Below, in pieces: positions 4,937 to 8,338 of a stretch of DNA of 8,338 nucleotides (the stretch's first letter is position 1; every line of letters starts with the position of its first letter). A model generated the notes under the pieces. It worked only from the letters and a program-made list of their open reading frames with translations, did no database searches and had not been told where the DNA came from. This stretch comes from Candidatus Iainarchaeum sp. (GTDB taxonomy: Archaea > Iainarchaeota > Iainarchaeia > Iainarchaeales > CSSED10-239), in the NCBI GenBank assembly GCA_003559395.1, contig PWLL01000064.1:1-8338 (forward strand), written 5' to 3'. Both the position numbers and the translations under genes were made by a program.

Positions 4937-7443
4937 TTGTATCTTAAAAAAGCCCCGATTCCTCCAAAGGCTCTATAAAACTGCATTCCTTCTTGTGTTT
5001 CTGTTGATACAACTTCTATTTTGCTTCCAAAAGGTTTAGCAAAATCAACAATAAAGTCAATAAAGTCTGCTTCTTCTAAAAGTTCTGTTTTTTTACCACA
5101 GGTTTCACAGCTATTTTCCATTTCTTTTTCTACTTGTAAAACATTATCTTTATCTTTTACAACTTTTGGAATAATCTTATCACATGAAAAGCACTTAAAC
5201 TTTAAAACAGTCCAATCGATAGTTTCAGAAATTAAAACACTAGCAACTTTTCCAAGCTTTATAGCTTCAAGCACTTCTAAAAACCCATAGGTTGCAAGAT
5301 TATTTTTTGCAACTTCGCCAAAAAATTGATTTACTAGTTCTTTTTCTTTAACAATAGATAGGTCTTTAAGAATATCTGAGCCTTTATCTAAAATTTCTTT
5401 AATTCCTGATTCGTCTGTATATCCAACATCTACTGTGCCTAAAATTTTATCTTTTATTCTATGATCTAGACCAGAAATGTCTATAAAGTCATGTTTGGTA
5501 TGTCCTGGCCCTCCAACAATAATTCCTTTTAATTTTTCTTCACCTACAAAAGCAGCATTAACACGTTCTCCAACTCTTCTAAAAAAAGATTCTGCTGCTT
5601 TTTCTCTTAGTCTTGCAAACCTAGCTGCTGAGTTATGCACAACGAGTCCGTTTGCTAAAAAGTTTTTATTTACTACTGAGATGTCAATCATTTTTGTTTT
5701 TTTAGATGTTTTTTGTATTTCTTTTATTTGTACTGGTACGATAGGATTTTTGTATATTTCTAACAACTCAGAATATACTTTTTTATTTTTTATTTTCTTT
5801 AAGATAGATTCTTCAAACCTTTTTTTACTTATCTTACTTTTATTATTAAAATAGGCACTAACTTTAGGAAACAATTTTAGATTACAATTATTTTCTTCGA
5901 TAATCTTTCTTATATGTTTGCCTGAAAAAATCATTTGCCTATCATAATTTGTATTTGATTTATCTTTAATAAGCTTATCTAGTGTTTTGGATTTTTCAAG
6001 AGAACTGAAATTTATTTTTTCTTTAAAAATTTCTAAAGATTTTTTTTCTGAAATACTTATTATAAAGTTTGAGTTTCTACTTGTTTTATTACCGCGTTCT
6101 ATAAAAGAGCTAATTATAGAAAACCTAAGTAACAACAATTGCATTTCTTGAGCCATTTTTTTATTTTTAATAGATATGGTTATGTTTTTTCTATTTTTGT
6201 TTATGTTAGCTTTTGCATCAAAAAAACCTTTTAAAAAACTTGCAACAACATCGTTTTCTGATCTAGTGATCTTTTTAGGTATTCTTGAGTTAAAGTGTTC
6301 TTTTATTTCTATAAAATTATCTTTTATTAATCTTGTTAATGATCTACTTGTAAAATTTAGTTGATTATTTTTATTTTCTTTAAGTTTATAGTTTGAAGTA
6401 ATATTAAAATAATTATCATATTCTTTTTTATAATCTTGTAATATGTTATGTTTTTCAAAAAAGAAAATACTATCTTCTTCTATACAACCTACACCCATAA
6501 AATAACCAACAAACTTAGAAAGTTTTGAGTCTAGTATTTTTGGAAGTTTTATATCTTTTTCTTTTATCTTGTTAACATTCAACATTTGTTTTTTTGATTT
6601 AATATTAATAATCTCAGGAACAATTAAAGAATCTTTTTTTATTAAATCTTTTGCTTTTTTTTCAATAATTTTATAACCATCGTTAACAAAAAAAACATGA
6701 TCTTCACTTGCTTCAATTTCCATTCTTGGGTTTTTTGTTATTATCTTGCATGTTTTAGTTTTGTTTACTTCCCAGACTTTATTTATCTTTGAGGAATCAT
6801 TCACATATTTTTTATTAAAATATACAGAATTAACAAAGCTATTTGACTTACAATCTTCAATATCTGTGATGGTCCCATCACTTAATTGAACTAGACAATC
6901 TTTCAAACACTGTCCACCAGCCCTTGTTTTTCCAGGTACCGCTGATGTTGATCTTTTTATTATTCTATATGTTTTTCCTGTTATTAACGCAATAGTTGCT
7001 TCTCTTTTATCAACGGCAATAACACCATACACTTCATCATGCGTCATCTGTTCTTCTAAAGGAGCTGTATGAAAAGAAGAATCACACCAATAAAGTTTTG
7101 TTTTTAGTTCTTTAGGTGGTTCAATATCTAATAAAATTACATCTGTTTTAGAAGGATTTTCAGAAACATCTCCTGAAAAAAGAACAAGTCCGTTTTTAGG
7201 AAGTTTAAAATCAATTTGTCTTAGGTATGTGGTTATTCTTTTTAAGGCTGCTTGTACGTTTTTTCTTGTATGTTGGCTTTTTATGTTTGATGATTGACTA
7301 ATTTCATCAGTAAGTTGTTTAGTAACACTACTTCTATCTACGTTTGGTGGAAGATAAAGGCTTATAAGTTGTGTTCCTTCTCCTGTGTATTTTTTTATTT
7401 CTTTTATTTTCTTTTTAACTATCATTTTTTGATATTCGTCCAT
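4933..7443 (-). CDS. prf1: Peptide chain release factor aRF1 (archaeal eRF1 homologue), 836-aa precursor containing an in-frame 426-aa intein; predicted spliced product 410 aa
   Basis: Domain-N determinants are SSNIKS (NIKS at res 53-56) and YWCDSSF (YxCxxxF, res 118-124). The GGQ motif is at res 176-178. After the intein comes SAARFARLREKAAE (res 605 onward), which continues the conserved GGQSAxRFxRLR block. The C-terminal domain ends in ...GGIGAFLRYK. Stop is TGA at 4935-4933. Confidence 0.95.
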   Translation of the reverse strand: MDEYQKMIVKKKIKEIKKYTGEGTQLISLYLPPNVDRSSVTKQLTDEISQSSNIKSQHTRKNVQAALKRITTYLRQIDFKLPKNGLVLFSGDVSENPSKTDVILLDIEPPKELKTKLYWCDSSFHTAPLEEQMTHDEVYGVIAVDKREATIALITGKTYRIIKRSTSAVPGKTRAGGQCLKDCLVQLSDGTITDIEDCKSNSFVNSVYFNKKYVNDSSKINKVWEVNKTKTCKIITKNPRMEIEASEDHVFFVNDGYKIIEKKAKDLIKKDSLIVPEIINIKSKKQMLNVNKIKEKDIKLPKILDSKLSKFVGYFMGVGCIEEDSIFFFEKHNILQDYKKEYDNYFNITSNYKLKENKNNQLNFTSRSLTRLIKDNFIEIKEHFNSRIPKKITRSENDVVASFLKGFFDAKANINKNRKNITISIKNKKMAQEMQLLLLRFSIISSFIERGNKTSRNSNFIISISEKKSLEIFKEKINFSSLEKSKTLDKLIKDKSNTNYDRQMIFSGKHIRKIIEENNCNLKLFPKVSAYFNNKSKISKKRFEESILKKIKNKKVYSELLEIYKNPIVPVQIKEIQKTSKKTKMIDISVVNKNFLANGLVVHNSAARFARLREKAAESFFRRVGERVNAAFVGEEKLKGIIVGGPGHTKHDFIDISGLDHRIKDKILGTVDVGYTDESGIKEILDKGSDILKDLSIVKEKELVNQFFGEVAKNNLATYGFLEVLEAIKLGKVASVLISETIDWTVLKFKCFSCDKIIPKVVKDKDNVLQVEKEMENSCETCGKKTELLEEADFIDFIVDFAKPFGSKIEVVSTETQEGMQFYRAFGGIGAFLRYK
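5632..6909 (-). mobile_element. Intein (426 aa; Hint splicing domain plus LAGLIDADG-type homing-endonuclease domain) inserted between Q178 and S605 of aRF1
   Basis: It begins with Cys (TGT, 6909-6907; block A CLKDCLVQLSDGT). Block B is EASEDHVFFV (SxxH). The two LAGLIDADG-like motifs are KFVGYFMGVGC (within 6478-6522) and FLKGFFDAKAN (within 6202-6246), about 92 aa apart. Blocks F/G are MIDISVVNKNFLANGLVVHN, ending His-Asn (5637-5632), followed by the +1 Ser (5631-5629). Removing the insert restores RAGGQ/SAARFARLR. Confidence 0.9.
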
Positions 7444-7454
7444 AAATAATACCT

Positions 7455-7482
7455 TTTATAAATATAAAATAAGTTATAAATT
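7455..7482 (-). promoter_or_regulatory. Candidate promoter of the aRF1-truD unit (TATA-like tttatatttataaaa, 12-26 nt upstream of ATG)
   Basis: Read on the minus strand, the upstream sequence is tttataacttattttatatttataaaaggtattatttATG. There is no strong SD, and the spacing fits a leaderless or very short leader. Confidence 0.3.
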
Positions 7483-7543
7483 TTTTTCTTTTTGTTAGAG
7501 AAAATATAGCAACATGTTGATTTTCTTTATATTTTATAAAATA

Positions 7544-8005
7544 TTATATGTCTGCATGTTTTTTTAATGATTTGGTTTGATATGGAAAATCAATCCATAT
7601 TTTTTCAATAACTTTATTTATATAAAAGTTAGGAACAAATTGAGTATCTTTTTTTTGTCTATAGAATATGCCTGCACAGTCTATTTTTTTTATATTTTTG
7701 TATCTTTTAAAAAGATGGTCTGCAATAATATTGATTGTTTCTTCTAGAATGTCATCTACTAAAAGAATGTTTCCTTGTATTTCTTTAAAACTTGAAACTT
7801 CTGGTTTTACAATATATTTGTTGTCATCACATTTTGCAGAGATAATTCCTAATGGAAGATCAAGTATTTCAGATAGTAGTCTTCCTAAAAGAAGTCCTCC
7901 TCTTGCAACACAGACAATCTGATCATATTTTTGATTAGATTCTTGTATGTTTTTAGCAAGATCAACAGAGAGTCTTTCAAATTCGTCCCAAGATATTCCA
8001 TACAT
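7544..8005 (-). CDS. Type I phosphoribosyltransferase, Gpt (xanthine-guanine PRTase)-like, 153 aa
   Basis: It is colinear with E. coli Gpt (152 aa) as I recall it. ISWDEFERLSVDLAKNI...IVCVARGGLLLGRLLSEIL matches IVTWDMLQIHARKLASRL...IIAVSRGGLVPGALLAREL. The PRPP-motif core ILLVDDIL matches FIVIDDLV. C-terminal WIDFPY matches WIEQPW. Stop is TAA. Confidence 0.75.
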   Translation of the reverse strand: MYGISWDEFERLSVDLAKNIQESNQKYDQIVCVARGGLLLGRLLSEILDLPLGIISAKCDDNKYIVKPEVSSFKEIQGNILLVDDILEETINIIADHLFKRYKNIKKIDCAGIFYRQKKDTQFVPNFYINKVIEKIWIDFPYQTKSLKKHADI

Positions 8006-8034
8006 AGTATATATTAGGAACGAATATAATTAAA
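8006..8034 (-). promoter_or_regulatory. Candidate promoter of the phosphoribosyltransferase gene
   Basis: Read on the minus strand, the upstream sequence is ttttttaattatattcgttcctaatatatactATG. TATA-like ttaattatatt lies 16-26 nt upstream of the ATG at 8005. Confidence 0.25.
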
Positions 8035-8081
8035 AAACAATTTATTTTTAAGAAATTTGAAATTATTATATTGGCTGATAT

Positions 8082-8104
8082 AAAAAAATTATTTTTTTAA
8101 AAAA
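8082..8104 (-). terminator. Oligo-T tracts (T6 at 8099-8104, T7 at 8082-8088 on the minus strand) downstream of the LamG-like ORF
   Basis: A6 and A7 runs on the + strand lie 11 and 27 nt beyond the TAA at 8117-8115. Confidence 0.3.
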
Positions 8105-8114
8105 GAATTATATT

Positions 8115-8338
8115 TTATTCTATTAACGTTTTTGTTGAACTCCAAATCTGTGTAATTTGTTCTAAATCTAAAACACCAGAATATGCTTTAGCAAACTTAA
8201 TCAAACCATCAAAACCCCTATCAGTAGAAGTTGAACGATTACCAATAGTCAAAGGATTAGTAGTAGTAATATCAGTCAAATGATTGGTTTGTTGGTTTGC
8301 TGTACCACTAAGAGCAGGTGCGTTGTTTAAATCACCTA
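8115..8338 (-). CDS. 3' end (last 73 codons plus stop) of a LamG / concanavalin-A-like lectin domain protein; the 5' part lies outside the window
   Basis: I translated the minus strand by hand from 8336 to the TAA at 8117-8115: GDLNNAPALSGTANQQTNHLTDITTTNPLTIGNRSTSTDRGFDGLIKFAKAYSGVLDLEQITQIWSSTKTLIE*. The segment PLTIGNR...FDGLI..AKAYSGVLDLEQI resembles the Laminin_G_3 terminal pattern (IG...F.G.ID.vriY.raLs..EI). It is absent from the ORF track because it is truncated by the window edge. Confidence 0.6.
   Translation of the reverse strand, partial: GDLNNAPALSGTANQQTNHLTDITTTNPLTIGNRSTSTDRGFDGLIKFAKAYSGVLDLEQITQIWSSTKTLIE

Noticed and set aside
5021-5290. 89-aa + strand ORF
   Set aside because: It is antisense to the aRF1 C-terminal domain. 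Its S/K/F-rich composition is typical of the reverse complement of an AT-rich coding strand, and nothing independent supports it.
5477-5854. 125-aa + strand ORF
   Set aside because: It is antisense to the intein/C-extein junction of aRF1. The opposite strand has unambiguous conserved blocks (NGLVVHN|SAARFARLR). The hydrophobic, low-complexity translation is likely an artefact.
6176-6364. 62-aa + strand ORF
   Set aside because: It is antisense to the intein endonuclease domain, including LAGLIDADG motif 2. It has no start context or motifs.
7668-7922. 84-aa + strand ORF
   Set aside because: It is antisense to the phosphoribosyltransferase CDS, which carries the ARGG and VDD PRT motifs on the other strand.
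8082-8104. Near-palindromic A7-TTA-T7-A6 string that could be read as a regulatory inverted repeat
   Set aside because: It is pure A/T low complexity in an A/T-saturated spacer. It is more simply explained as oligo-T termination tracts for the LamG-like gene.
1-8338. CRISPR arrays, transposase/IS elements and long direct repeats
   Set aside because: I noticed no regularly spaced direct repeats, no terminal inverted repeats flanking a transposase-like ORF, and no integrase. The only mobile-type element supported is the intein.

Overview
Very AT-rich, gene-dense archaeal segment. The archaeal assignment rests on aRF1, a Hel308-type helicase and an archaeal-length TruD; a small-genome DPANN-like lineage is only an inference. 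I support seven coding features. These are a Hel308/Ski2-like helicase (+), and on the minus strand an AAA+ ATPase fused to a PD-(D/E)xK nuclease-like domain, TruD, aRF1, a small Gpt-like phosphoribosyltransferase, and the 3' end of a LamG-like protein that is missing from the ORF track. The stand-out is the 836-aa aRF1 ORF. It is a normal ~410-aa release factor interrupted in frame by a 426-aa intein (Hint domain plus LAGLIDADG-type domain) inserted exactly between the Q of the catalytic GGQ motif and the following Ser. Both LAGLIDADG motifs appear to lack their catalytic acidic residues, and the intein DNA is visibly more AT-rich than the exteins. Secondary observations: an unusually AT-rich ATPase-nuclease gene that may be accessory; a pair of AACCTGGTT-core palindromes in the longest intergenic spacer; a GTGA overlap coupling aRF1 and truD; and a non-canonical PRPP loop in the phosphoribosyltransferase. 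I found no tRNA, rRNA, CRISPR array or transposase. All family calls come from motif recognition by eye, with no database search.
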